From contig CM097882.1 in NCBI GenBank assembly GCA_044892505.1, positions 148,180,001 through 148,244,000 on the forward strand: a stretch of 64,000 nucleotides of DNA, written 5' to 3'. The notes under the pieces were generated by a model. It had not been told where the DNA came from. It searched no databases and worked only from the letters and a program-made list of their open reading frames with translations. Numbering within the stretch: the stretch's first letter is position 1; every line of letters starts with the position of its first letter. Below are positions 21,601 to 30,516 of the stretch, piece after piece. The DNA is from Schmidtea nova (lineage: Eukaryota). The position numbers and the translations under genes are program-made.

Positions 21601-24317
21601 TCATCCAACAACACACTGTCGATTTTCCATGGTAATTCGCCTTTGCCTTTCTCATTCTTGTCTGGTATTTCGATTTCGGACATGGGTGTCAATTTACCCA
21701 AATTCTCATTCTCGTATATTATCTTGTCCTCTTCGTTGAAGTTTACCAGATTAATCGGTATCTCACCTTCTTGGTTTATCGTAACCAGTTCTCTTGCCAT
21801 TGGTAATTCCTTCTTCGCTTCGAACTTCTTACTTGGTTCGAATATCATGTCTCCTTTTATTGTCGAATCGATCTTGACATAGCACATCATTTCGTGCCTC
21901 GCTGGCACTACTATTTGTTCCGCATTTGCCACTTTAACTTTCATTCTGCAGATTTTTCCTGTTCTATCTTTTAGTTTCATTGCTCCTAGATCAATTACGA
22001 TTTCCTTGAACAGGTCTGGCATCAGGTCAGTTCCAATAATACATGGTACACTCAGCGATGGTATTACAGCGATGTACGTGTTGATCTCTGCACCTCGATG
22101 CTTAATTTTTACAAACCATCTTCCGGCTACTTCTACTGTCTCTTGACTGCACGCGATTACATGTACATTCGTCTTCTCGATTTCTCCTTGGTTTTTCTCT
22201 GGTATATAGTTAATGTCGATTGCTGAAATATTTGCGCCTGTATCGATCATGGCTTCGATTTCTCTTCCGTTTATTTCTACGGTTGTTGTTAAGATCGGTC
22301 CCATATTTGTGGACATAACTGCTATCGTGTGTGTGTCTTCTAACGAGTCTACGCTTCTACCTCGTTTTACTTTGCATCCTTCGGGAATTATCGGGTATAT
22401 ACTTGTCATCGGCATCATCTGTATCATATTCGGCTTCGCTTTGTATATCGGTTCGTTATACATTGACTGAGGTGGAGCGCTGTATCTCCAATTCTCAACT
22501 GCACTCTTTTCGTTATACTGTGGGATCTGGTTTATATTCGCTTGTCCTCCTTGATCGTCATCGTCATCGTTGCTTGAATCATCTTGTGTTCGATATCCCC
22601 TCACTCTTTCCCATAATCCTTTCCTTTCTTTCTTTAGTTGTCGTCTTGCTTGCTCATCTTGCATTATCTTTTTGAATTTCCTTCCAACATCTTCATTTGT
22701 TCCTTTCATTTTTGCAAGTATTTTCAACAATCTCTTTATTCGATGTATGTCTTTTGAGTGTCCGTGTAACACCATTGTTTTCGCGAGAAATGGTAAATAC
22801 CCTACTACCATTTTCCAATTCACTTTCTTTTCTCTCTTGTAGATATCGAAACACGCTAACATTTGCGTAATTATCACTCTGACGATTTGTATTATCAATA
22901 TAACACCCAGTATTCCAGCCATCATTTGTCCGAATATCAGGAATCTTCCCCACATTGCCTTCATCATATTTTCTGTGGCTTTCTTGAAATGTGCCGGTGA
23001 CAACAGCAGTTCATAATTCGGTCCTTCTCGATAATTCGTTCCTCCCGTTATCGTTACGATATTTGACAGTAATGCTTCTCTTCTTGCCGGGAATAATATA
23101 TTCTGCCTTGCTGCTTCCAAATCTTTTGGACTATAGATTCCGTTGTTTGAGACATCTACGTCGCTGAATTGTCTATCTTTTGATAACTGCATTAGCTCAA
23201 ATTCTCTTGGTGCTATCACTTCGGTTCTTCCTGGGAACATAACCCATTTGCCATCTGGCTTCTGATAAAGCGGTCCGTACGCGTTACTACAGTTGAATGG
23301 ATTTGGTTCAAAACCTGGTGGATTGATGATTCTCGTCACCGGTTGAACGTATCGTACTTTTCCTTTATAATCGATTTCTAGTTCGTTTGTACATTGTCCA
23401 GGTTTCAACTGCGTTGTTGCTGCTAGCGATGCATGTGTCTTTTCGCAAATGTATACATACATTGCCTCTCCAACCACTCTTCCGAAATGTCCTTCTCTCA
23501 GTGGTAATAATGGCATCGCGCTATCTGGATTAGTAATCGCTACGGCCAACTTTGTCTTCAATATTTCTCGATTCAGTATACAATCGTTGTTTATCAGATC
23601 GTAGTACACTTTTTGTAATGAGGCTTGTCCTCTATGGAATAAGAAGTCCATTTTATTATTCACATACAAGTGTAGTTTGATATCCATTGTGTCGATTTTG
23701 GGTTTCGCATTCGGCACTTCCTGCTTTGACACGTATATTCCTGGATAGTTCGTTTCGTATACCGTTGTACTACACTTAAGGGTTGCTTTCCCTTTTATGA
23801 ATCTCATTCCCACATCCTGATTTGTGGTTATCAACACTGTTGGTGTGGTTCTCATCTCTATCCGTTTTTCTCTATGATCTGGTTTCAGTTGTCTTTTGTT
23901 CTCTAAAGCCTCTTTGAGATGTTTTGCTCTAGCTTTGTCATCATCGTCTTCTTCCTGGAACGTTTTTCCTTGAATTTCGTCGAACTTTGCTCCTTGTAGC
24001 AGTTGTAATTGACATTCGTTCATTTTTGGTTTGTATACCAATGTTGACATTCCCGTTTGACACATGCTCCTGTCAATTTTACACATGGATAACGTTTTCA
24101 TTTCTCCTGTGGTCGGTTCGAAGAATGCTTCGTAGCTTTTCAGTTCGACTATATACGTATCCATCACCACTAAGTTGGTTGCGGGTACTCCGAATATTGG
24201 GTAGGTTTCTCCTTGACAATATCCTTCTCCTCCCGTAATCCGTCCTGCTACATAATACGTCTGTTGCAACATCATTCGTGGTTTTCCTTTTATCTTTATT
24301 TTGTCTCTCGTTGTCAC
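18618..24317 (-). CDS. pol: Env(C-terminal part)-Pol fusion ORF: class III glycoprotein ectodomain and TM, then PR, RT, RNase H, integrase
   Basis: Glycoprotein segments YVNNKMDF...NDCILNREIL, GEAMYVYIC, NGIYSPKDL...ILFP and TM FLIFGQMMAGILGVILIIQIV. PR IDTGA; RT YIDD; RH TDAS, TDHQPL; IN H-H-C-C, MDVVGP, TDQG, TERFN, GPY. Confidence 0.96.
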   Translation of the reverse strand: MTTRDKIKIKGKPRMMLQQTYYVAGRITGGEGYCQGETYPIFGVPATNLVVMDTYIVELKSYEAFFEPTTGEMKTLSMCKIDRSMCQTGMSTLVYKPKMNECQLQLLQGAKFDEIQGKTFQEEDDDDKARAKHLKEALENKRQLKPDHREKRIEMRTTPTVLITTNQDVGMRFIKGKATLKCSTTVYETNYPGIYVSKQEVPNAKPKIDTMDIKLHLYVNNKMDFLFHRGQASLQKVYYDLINNDCILNREILKTKLAVAITNPDSAMPLLPLREGHFGRVVGEAMYVYICEKTHASLAATTQLKPGQCTNELEIDYKGKVRYVQPVTRIINPPGFEPNPFNCSNAYGPLYQKPDGKWVMFPGRTEVIAPREFELMQLSKDRQFSDVDVSNNGIYSPKDLEAARQNILFPARREALLSNIVTITGGTNYREGPNYELLLSPAHFKKATENMMKAMWGRFLIFGQMMAGILGVILIIQIVRVIITQMLACFDIYKREKKVNWKMVVGYLPFLAKTMVLHGHSKDIHRIKRLLKILAKMKGTNEDVGRKFKKIMQDEQARRQLKKERKGLWERVRGYRTQDDSSNDDDDDQGGQANINQIPQYNEKSAVENWRYSAPPQSMYNEPIYKAKPNMIQMMPMTSIYPIIPEGCKVKRGRSVDSLEDTHTIAVMSTNMGPILTTTVEINGREIEAMIDTGANISAIDINYIPEKNQGEIEKTNVHVIACSQETVEVAGRWFVKIKHRGAEINTYIAVIPSLSVPCIIGTDLMPDLFKEIVIDLGAMKLKDRTGKICRMKVKVANAEQIVVPARHEMMCYVKIDSTIKGDMIFEPSKKFEAKKELPMARELVTINQEGEIPINLVNFNEEDKIIYENENLGKLTPMSEIEIPDKNEKGKGELPWKIDSVLLDERQKEQLQKLLMEYQDIFAASDLDLGTCDVTLHTIPLTDETPIALRPYKLAEAQKAVAEEEVQKMLDAEVIEPSCSPWQFPVVMVKKKDGTQRFCIDYRRLNAVTKRDTYPLPDINEMLLTLQGAAYFTSLDLKSGFWQIKMKDEDKEKTAFTIGRDLYQFKKMPFGLTNAPASFQRCMNFVTHGIKQCMVYIDDLLIYSATFEDHLQDIRNVFVKLRQWKLKLKPSKCDWAKEKVTFLGHIVSAKGKEPDPRNIEKVKECPPPKTVTQIQEFLGLCGYYRKFIKDYAGISKPMQELVRQDVSFVWGAEQQAAFETLRDKLITAPILVHPDFKKPFLLATDASGYAAGAVLGQFDEEGKERVIGYYSRTFRKHERNYSVTEREAYAIILAIKHFKYLLWGHEIYISTDHQPLVWLGQHKESSSRLMRWAMQLQEYSPFIKFKAGKSNANADCMSRFTFPELVNLNALKICALIAEDLDFSELRKDQLEDEELGLISKYLKERGIEIFGKNQVLREHMQKYQHRYVLEKGWLLIQDGERRLMCLPANRRKEIMTQYHDGKLGGHMSAKKTIGRLRQKYFWPTMEDDVKEWIKNCVTCATRKNVGTKWKTPLKPMPIPAEPMATIAMDVVGPLPESLKGNQYILVVTDYLTKFPEAFTMPNQKAKTVARILVEEICCRYGTPKKILTDQGTNFMSEILDEVTNYFRIAKLRTSPYHPQTNGQTERFNGTLIGMLSNYVSKHQTDWDEYINLCLMAYRMSIHAATKLSPFQLMYGRDCNLPIDLEYQPPLSQYMEVDDYVTKFKERMQEIWKTAELNIKFYQESYKDLHDQKKNVKAHDLKVGDWVIIETPEIIPGTVKKLQRPGKGPYEITTVNENNVRVRLVNNPLVRPIYVNACRCRKISKTATLSPEKRVMTRSQTARINMLRVQPKPQASLEDNRREAIDIKELAKRTREIIPEWKWWLDFNILTEVRKNVMEYAKDRTAHPITRTLLEEIP

Positions 24318-24761
24318 TTATCCATGTTTAAACAATGCTTCGCAGTCTTCTCCTTGCAACACGATTGGTTCTCTTTCCGTTCCTGACATGACAATTGCTG
24401 AATAATGTCCTCTCCCACAGTAGAATGCGAATCTCGTCTTCTGCACCTTGCATTCATTCACCATTGTCTTTATGAGTTCTGCTTCTTGATACACGTGGTA
24501 CCATTGTTCCTTTTTAATCTCTCTCAACTCTACTGGAGTTGCATCTTTGCATTGCTCCGTACCTCTCAATGAGTACTTTTCTCCCAATTTCATTTGATCA
24601 CAATCAAATACTTCGAACGTTGTTACACCTTCTGTGCTTAACAACCATACTAACATCATCATGATTATCGAGTTTAAATTCAACGTCGATCTTCCGTTTC
24701 CTTGCATCGTTTGTCTATTCTCCATTTCTTTCAATACTCCTTCGAGTTTCTTTCTCATCAC
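24318..24761 (-). CDS. env: Envelope glycoprotein N-terminus (signal peptide plus first Cys-rich segment), split from the rest by one in-frame TAA
   Basis: Hydrophobic NSIIMMMLVWLLSTEG, then FEVFDC...C...YHVYQ...ECKV...FYCG..H, as in chuvirus-like glycoproteins. Same frame as 18618-24317; ATG at 24758. Confidence 0.85.
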   Translation of the reverse strand: MMRKKLEGVLKEMENRQTMQGNGRSTLNLNSIIMMMLVWLLSTEGVTTFEVFDCDQMKLGEKYSLRGTEQCKDATPVELREIKKEQWYHVYQEAELIKTMVNECKVQKTRFAFYCGRGHYSAIVMSGTEREPIVLQGEDCEALFKHG

Positions 24762-24779
24762 GTTAGACCCTTCTTTTGT

Positions 24780-25427
24780 CTATTTCTCTTTTATGAACTT
24801 TTCCCATCCTCCTTTTCTGAGGATGTAGGGTTCAATTTCTTTCTCGATAATCATCGCCGTATTCTTGATATGTCTTCCCATCGGACTTGACTTCGGACTT
24901 CCTCGGCTTAGCGTTAACAAATTGTAAATCGTATACGAGATTGCCACTAAATATTTGCTATCCGTCTCTGCTCCGTTAAGTAGCCTTTTTATTAACATCG
25001 TGGTTCCTTGCCAATCTAGATGGTTCGATTTTGTTTTTGCTTTGATTAATTCTGGCATGATCGGTGCTATTGCATTGTGTAGCATCTTTGCCTTTGTACT
25101 AGGTTCATTTATTCGCCACAAATTTTTTAATTCCGGGTCGATTATTGCTAACACATCCATTATCGTTTTGGTGAGCCATTCCTCTCCTTGACAAACTTGA
25201 TTCTCCTCTTTTCCTCTGATCTCTGCGATTTTATCTAATTTCTTCAAGCAAATCTCCCATTGCTCTTGTCTCTTTTCTTCCCTTGTCTTTGGGATTGTTG
25301 TTGCTGGATCTATCTTTGGTCTTCCTCTTGGTCGTTTTTCCATTCCAGTTTCCATTCTACAAATCTCGCTGCTCTTCCGGTTTCTTCTGTAACATCTCTT
25401 CCTTCGTTCGCTCGCTGTTCCAACCAT
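24780..25427 (-). CDS. Bcl-2-like protein with an N-terminal AT-hook-like motif
   Basis: BH2-like EPYILRKGGWEKF; BH1-position LDWQGTTMLI; helical pattern; KRPRGRPK. Confidence 0.65.
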   Translation of the reverse strand: MVGTASERRKRCYRRNRKSSEICRMETGMEKRPRGRPKIDPATTIPKTREEKRQEQWEICLKKLDKIAEIRGKEENQVCQGEEWLTKTIMDVLAIIDPELKNLWRINEPSTKAKMLHNAIAPIMPELIKAKTKSNHLDWQGTTMLIKRLLNGAETDSKYLVAISYTIYNLLTLSRGSPKSSPMGRHIKNTAMIIEKEIEPYILRKGGWEKFIKEK

Positions 25428-28400
25428 CTTTCCATTTCTTGAGTAAACTGGGGTTGTTCTTGCTCGTCTTCTGAATCGTTTACCATTTCTATGACTACCT
25501 CCTGTTCCACTCCTTGATCGTCGATTTCTGCTGGTGACGTTATTGGCATCTCTATTATTCTGTCGAAAATATTCGCCGTTGGTTTTTGAGTCAACTTCGT
25601 TAATTCTTCTATCGCTTCGTCACTGTCTGTTAATATCTCATCTACGTCATATGCTTCTGGCGGTGTTCTCTCTCTCGTTTTTATTGGTGTTGTCCTTGTT
25701 TGTCCCGAACTTGTTCCTGGGATCATTGTTGACTTCATCGGACTTGGTGCACTCATGCTTCCTTTCGCTTTCTTTTCCTCTTTAAACTTCAGTGGTTGAC
25801 CCACTATCTGTGCCACTGTTAGCGTATTCATAAGATCCAATTGTACTGGTGTCAGCCAGATTTCTAAGTTATTATCCAACGATCGTCCTTGATGTTGCAG
25901 GTGGAATGGTAGTTCGTACATCAGTTTCTCTTTAACACTTTTCACTTTCTCTGTTAGCATCACCCAAAACTCTTCTTTTCTTTGATTCGGATACATTATC
26001 CTCAAATGTATTTTCTGTGGCGTTTCTTCCGCAAATTCTTTGTTTCTCCACTTTTTTATTACATTGTCTAGTTGCTCTGGACACCACTCATTAACTCTTT
26101 TGTATTCTGCTGTCGCTTTAGCTACTTTTCTCAAGTTCGTTATGTCTTCTCCATTTGCGATTATGAATTGTGCTAAGCCTTTTATTGTTTGTCTTTTCCC
26201 CCGAGTATTTCCTCCCAACAGTTCTATTAATTCCTCCGTTTTCTGTTTCTCCAATTCTGCCCATATTACTGCAGTTTCTGGTCCGTCTAAGTCCGTTGGT
26301 AATAACCTCCTTGTTACCATACATATTCGTTTCGTATTCAGTTCATATCTGTCTTCTCCTTCCGGATCTTCTTCATACACGCCTCTTGTTACTTTCCAAC
26401 ATTTCTCTTTGTCGTCCCATTGTTTCTCTACTGGCGTCAATCGTCGTCTGTTAAGATCCAATTCTCCCAATATTGTCTCCCATTCTGGCTTTATCTGCCA
26501 GTTCCGATAGATTTCTACTATCTGCCTCAACTTGCACATAATGTCTTCTTGTCGTGCCTTTTTCCTTTCCTCATCTCTTGGTGTTGCTCTTGGCACGTCA
26601 TCCATTCTGATGACATGTATTGTCTGATAATTGTCCCATATGCCGATTTTATACGCTCGTCTTTCGTCACGTTCATTCAGTAGATGTTCGTCTTCCCGTT
26701 CTCGTTGTAATATCGTCTCATTGATGACATCTACTATTTCTCCTACTTTACTATCTGGTATTACCTCAATTTGTCTTGTCTCTTCGTTTGGTAATCTCAC
26801 GGTGATCTTCAGATCTGATACCTCTCCTCGCTTAAACATTTCTTTCCCCATCTTTGCAATTAGCTTGTCCGTTTTGAAGTTCGAATGTCTCGTTTGACTT
26901 GTATCTCGTATGTTCTCGATACATTGCTTCAAATTCCCATACTCGCTTTTTGTCAATTCCTTTCGATGTTTCTTGATTTGTTGGATGATCTGCTCTATCA
27001 TCGTATTCAAATTCTCTGCCAAAATTCTTTCTTTTGCCTCTAGCAACTGAGGTTTTATTCTCATCTCATAACACGTATTCGCTTCTTTGACGATTCCTTG
27101 TAAGTTCTCTTCCTTCTTGGTGTTGCATATAGATAACGTCGTTATTTCTCCTGGCCAGATGCCTGTGTCTATCATATGCGTTCCTTTTCTCACCAATCCG
27201 TTTTCCGAATATATGAATTTGTCTTTGTACGAGCTTCCCAATCTGTCTTCAACCCATCTGTAAATTCCGTCCGTCATTGGGTTCTTTATCCAGATTCTCG
27301 GTGAACACTCGTTTATCCATATTTGTATTATGTATTCGTTGAGTGGTTCTTTCAATAACTTCTCTATGAACTCCTGTATTACCCTCACTTCTCTTTCTTG
27401 TAACCACTCTTTATACTTCGTTTGCCATACTGCTCGTATGAACTTTCGGTATCGTTTCTTGTCGATAAACTCCTCGTTATGGATTACTTCCAACGCATTA
27501 TCCATCAGCTTCTGGATTTCATCTTCCTTTACTGACACTGTTTCTATTGTCTCGACCACTTCCATCTTTTTGTCCTCGTTTTCCGGTTCCTTTAGCATGT
27601 CTCCTGCCAGACTGCTAACTTCGCTATCGTCTTCTTCATCTGACAACTCTTGTCTTGGGTGTCTCAGCATCCCAATATGCGCGGTTGGTCTCGCTTCGTT
27701 TTTGCTAACTTCCTGTATTAGTTCATTCTCTTCTCCCGTTATTTCGACTTTTCCCATCCTCTTCTTCAATTCGTCTATTTCTTCCAACCGTCTTCGTCTT
27801 ATTTTTCCCTTAAATATTCGACTGATCCGAGTTTGATGTTTCACTGGTGGTGGGATTTTCTCCGGTTCCACCTCTCTGATGATCATCACGTTTATTTTTG
27901 TCTCCGTTACTCCCATATCTTCCCATATATCAGTCATCTTTAACTTCACTTCTGGCAAATCCTCTGTTTGTAGGAATGCTTCTCTGGGCAGTTTCGTTAC
28001 TCCCGGAATCATCTCATTTACTTTATTGAACAGTCTTTCCACTTCTTCTTTTACATCGTATTTGAATCGAAACACGTGATCATTCGGCATGATCACCAAC
28101 ATTCCTCTTTGTTTGATTCTCACTTCTTCTTCTTGATTCGCTTCTTTTTCTGTTTCTTTTTCTGTTTCTGTTTCTTTTTCTACTTCTTCAACTTTTTGAT
28201 TCTGCTCTGCGGCTTCTACTTCTTGATTCACTTCTTCTTGTTTTTGCTCTTCTTTTCTTTTCTCTTTAACTTCGAATTCGTCCGACTCATCTTGCTGCTT
28301 CTCTTCCATCATTGCTCGCATCATGTTGATCCTTGGATTTCCCTTTTTTAACTGTTGTAACCGTTGTTGTCTGACTTGTTCTTCTTCTCGTCGTATTCTA

Positions 28401-29632
28401 GCCCATTCTTGATTATGCTTCTGTTGACTCTCCCTATTTTCTCTTTCAGCCTCAGCTTCTATTACCTGGATCATGTTTATCTTTGGTTGAGCAGCTTGTT
28501 GGCTTCCCTTTGCCATGCTTTCGATTATCTCGTGTAATCTAGATACCTCCTGTCTCAACTTGGCTTCTTTCATACTGGCTTCGTTTGTACTGCTATTCGG
28601 GTTGTTACGTTGTTGACCCTGATTCCCATAGCTTGGTCGATTTCCGTAATTCTGTCTATTTCCACTGTTTGACCAACTTCTCTGTTGATTACACTCTCTT
28701 GACATGTGTCCCGCTTTTCCACATGTGTAACACGTTTTCCCATAACATCGATTCTCCGAATGACCTTTTTGTCCACACAGTTTACAGGCTACATTCTGAA
28801 AACAATCTTGTTGCCAATGTCCGTTTTTCCCACACGTCTGACATTGCCTATTCTGTCTGTCATTGTAACTATTTCCTCCATTCGTATTCGCCGTGATATA
28901 TCCGTTATTCTTCCTCGCTGGCGGTTCTTTGAACAATCTCTGTGAATGGGGAATACTTTGATTCATGTTTCTTTTTCCTTGTTCTTCATCTTCTGTCGTT
29001 TTTCCCATTACCGCCGTAATTCTCATGTCGTTCATTGCCATATGCAATTCGAATAGGTTGGCTGCCTCCAACGCTTCATCTACTGTTTTACATCCTTTGC
29101 ATCCCACTTGTGCTCTGATGTCAGGTCTCCTGAGACCTCGTACAAATAACGCTGTCATCAATTCCTCATCCACTGGGCTTCCTCTGTTGAATGCCAGTTT
29201 CGCCAACTTTCTTAATTCACTTGCGTACACTGCATTTGACTCATTTCTCTTCTGTTTTCTTGCTGAAAACTCATCGAATGCTTCATTCAGCACTTTATTT
29301 ATTCCAAACGTCTGTTGGAAGAACTCCTTGATTGTTTCCCACGTTCTGGGTGGATTACTTCCAGATCTCTTTTCAATATACAGATCCAATGCGCTATCTT
29401 TCAAGTATAGCGGGATTCGATTTGCTAACGTTTCTGCACTCCATCCGCATATATCCACGAATATGCCAAATTCCTTTAGAAACGTGTCCAATCTACTGGC
29501 GTCTCCATTGAATGGTTCGCCCTTGAATTTTTCTCTCAGATCCTCTCTGTGATCACTCATCCCGATTCCACTGTCTTGGAATACTGTACTAGTTTTCTTT
29601 GCTTCTATTTCACCACTTGTTTCTGGATTCAA
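25310..29632 (-). CDS. gag: Gag (capsid, three CCHC zinc knuckles) with a very long C-terminal extension
   Basis: Retrotransposon-gag-like PFNGDASRLDTFL...LYLKDSALDLY; knuckles CQTCGKNGHWQQDC, CKLCGQKGHSENRC, CYTCGKAGHMSREC. The frame stays open without an ATG up to 30007. Confidence 0.93.
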   Translation of the reverse strand: MNPETSGEIEAKKTSTVFQDSGIGMSDHREDLREKFKGEPFNGDASRLDTFLKEFGIFVDICGWSAETLANRIPLYLKDSALDLYIEKRSGSNPPRTWETIKEFFQQTFGINKVLNEAFDEFSARKQKRNESNAVYASELRKLAKLAFNRGSPVDEELMTALFVRGLRRPDIRAQVGCKGCKTVDEALEAANLFELHMAMNDMRITAVMGKTTEDEEQGKRNMNQSIPHSQRLFKEPPARKNNGYITANTNGGNSYNDRQNRQCQTCGKNGHWQQDCFQNVACKLCGQKGHSENRCYGKTCYTCGKAGHMSRECNQQRSWSNSGNRQNYGNRPSYGNQGQQRNNPNSSTNEASMKEAKLRQEVSRLHEIIESMAKGSQQAAQPKINMIQVIEAEAERENRESQQKHNQEWARIRREEEQVRQQRLQQLKKGNPRINMMRAMMEEKQQDESDEFEVKEKRKEEQKQEEVNQEVEAAEQNQKVEEVEKETETEKETEKEANQEEEVRIKQRGMLVIMPNDHVFRFKYDVKEEVERLFNKVNEMIPGVTKLPREAFLQTEDLPEVKLKMTDIWEDMGVTETKINVMIIREVEPEKIPPPVKHQTRISRIFKGKIRRRRLEEIDELKKRMGKVEITGEENELIQEVSKNEARPTAHIGMLRHPRQELSDEEDDSEVSSLAGDMLKEPENEDKKMEVVETIETVSVKEDEIQKLMDNALEVIHNEEFIDKKRYRKFIRAVWQTKYKEWLQEREVRVIQEFIEKLLKEPLNEYIIQIWINECSPRIWIKNPMTDGIYRWVEDRLGSSYKDKFIYSENGLVRKGTHMIDTGIWPGEITTLSICNTKKEENLQGIVKEANTCYEMRIKPQLLEAKERILAENLNTMIEQIIQQIKKHRKELTKSEYGNLKQCIENIRDTSQTRHSNFKTDKLIAKMGKEMFKRGEVSDLKITVRLPNEETRQIEVIPDSKVGEIVDVINETILQREREDEHLLNERDERRAYKIGIWDNYQTIHVIRMDDVPRATPRDEERKKARQEDIMCKLRQIVEIYRNWQIKPEWETILGELDLNRRRLTPVEKQWDDKEKCWKVTRGVYEEDPEGEDRYELNTKRICMVTRRLLPTDLDGPETAVIWAELEKQKTEELIELLGGNTRGKRQTIKGLAQFIIANGEDITNLRKVAKATAEYKRVNEWCPEQLDNVIKKWRNKEFAEETPQKIHLRIMYPNQRKEEFWVMLTEKVKSVKEKLMYELPFHLQHQGRSLDNNLEIWLTPVQLDLMNTLTVAQIVGQPLKFKEEKKAKGSMSAPSPMKSTMIPGTSSGQTRTTPIKTRERTPPEAYDVDEILTDSDEAIEELTKLTQKPTANIFDRIIEMPITSPAEIDDQGVEQEVVIEMVNDSEDEQEQPQFTQEMERWLEQRANEGRDVTEETGRAARFVEWKLEWKNDQEEDQR

Positions 29633-30516
29633 CTCTTCTTCTTCACTACTCTCTGTTTCGTTATCTCTTGATTCGCTTCTTGTTCTGTTTTCACTGACTA
29701 GTTCACTGTCTATCGTTTCTACTTCGTTTTGTACTTCTAGATCCTCTGGGGTTTCTTCTTGATTCTCTTTATTACTCGAATTATCGCTGATCTCTGCTGG
29801 TTTATTCTTTTGTTGCGCTGTTTTATTTCCTGGTCTTGTCTTTTTCGCTGTTTTTCTTTCTTCTTCTGTTAGGATCGCTTCTGTGTTGACCTTTTGTTGC
29901 GCTACTTTAGCTGCTGCTTTTGCCTTTTTTGCTGCTTTTCTTTCTGCTTCTGTTAGGATTGGTATTATACCTGTCCTTGTTTCGCGTTCCGTAATTTTGT
30001 CTATTACTCAACTTCTTATATTCTCAACTGATTTTTCTACTTCGCTTTTGCTTTGCTTCTTCTTCGATTTGGTTCCTTTGATTGCTCTGACTGCTAGATT
30101 GCCTTGATTTGCTTGATTGATTTGTTTCCTTAAAACAAATAATCACTTACACGATACATCCCCGTTATCGTGTTTCTCGTCCCTCTCACGGGTGTAGTCA
30201 TAATTCATGAAGATCCCCATTTTTCCCATTTCCCTTGATTTTAAGTCTATTTAAATTATCTATGCAGTCGTATAAATTATCTATACTTCATCAAATACAC
30301 CAATTACTTTTCCCCAGTTCCCCAATTACTTTGTCGCTCAGCGCTTTTATTATCCCCTTTATTTTCCTCAGGCTTCTCTGGCTCTGAGTTTAAATTTCCC
30401 CTTATCTATCGACTACTCTGTCTCTCGACTACTCACTCGCACTCTTAACTGTGTTAACTACTTCATTTCAACTCTCATCTCTACTCACCTTTAATTTAAC
30501 TGACATCTCTCGTTGG

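Noticed and set aside
17346-24782. Alternative genetic code (TAA/TAG as sense) explaining the in-frame stops
   Set aside because: Thousands of codons in the long ORFs contain only these few stops, and other ORFs end normally in TAA or TAG.
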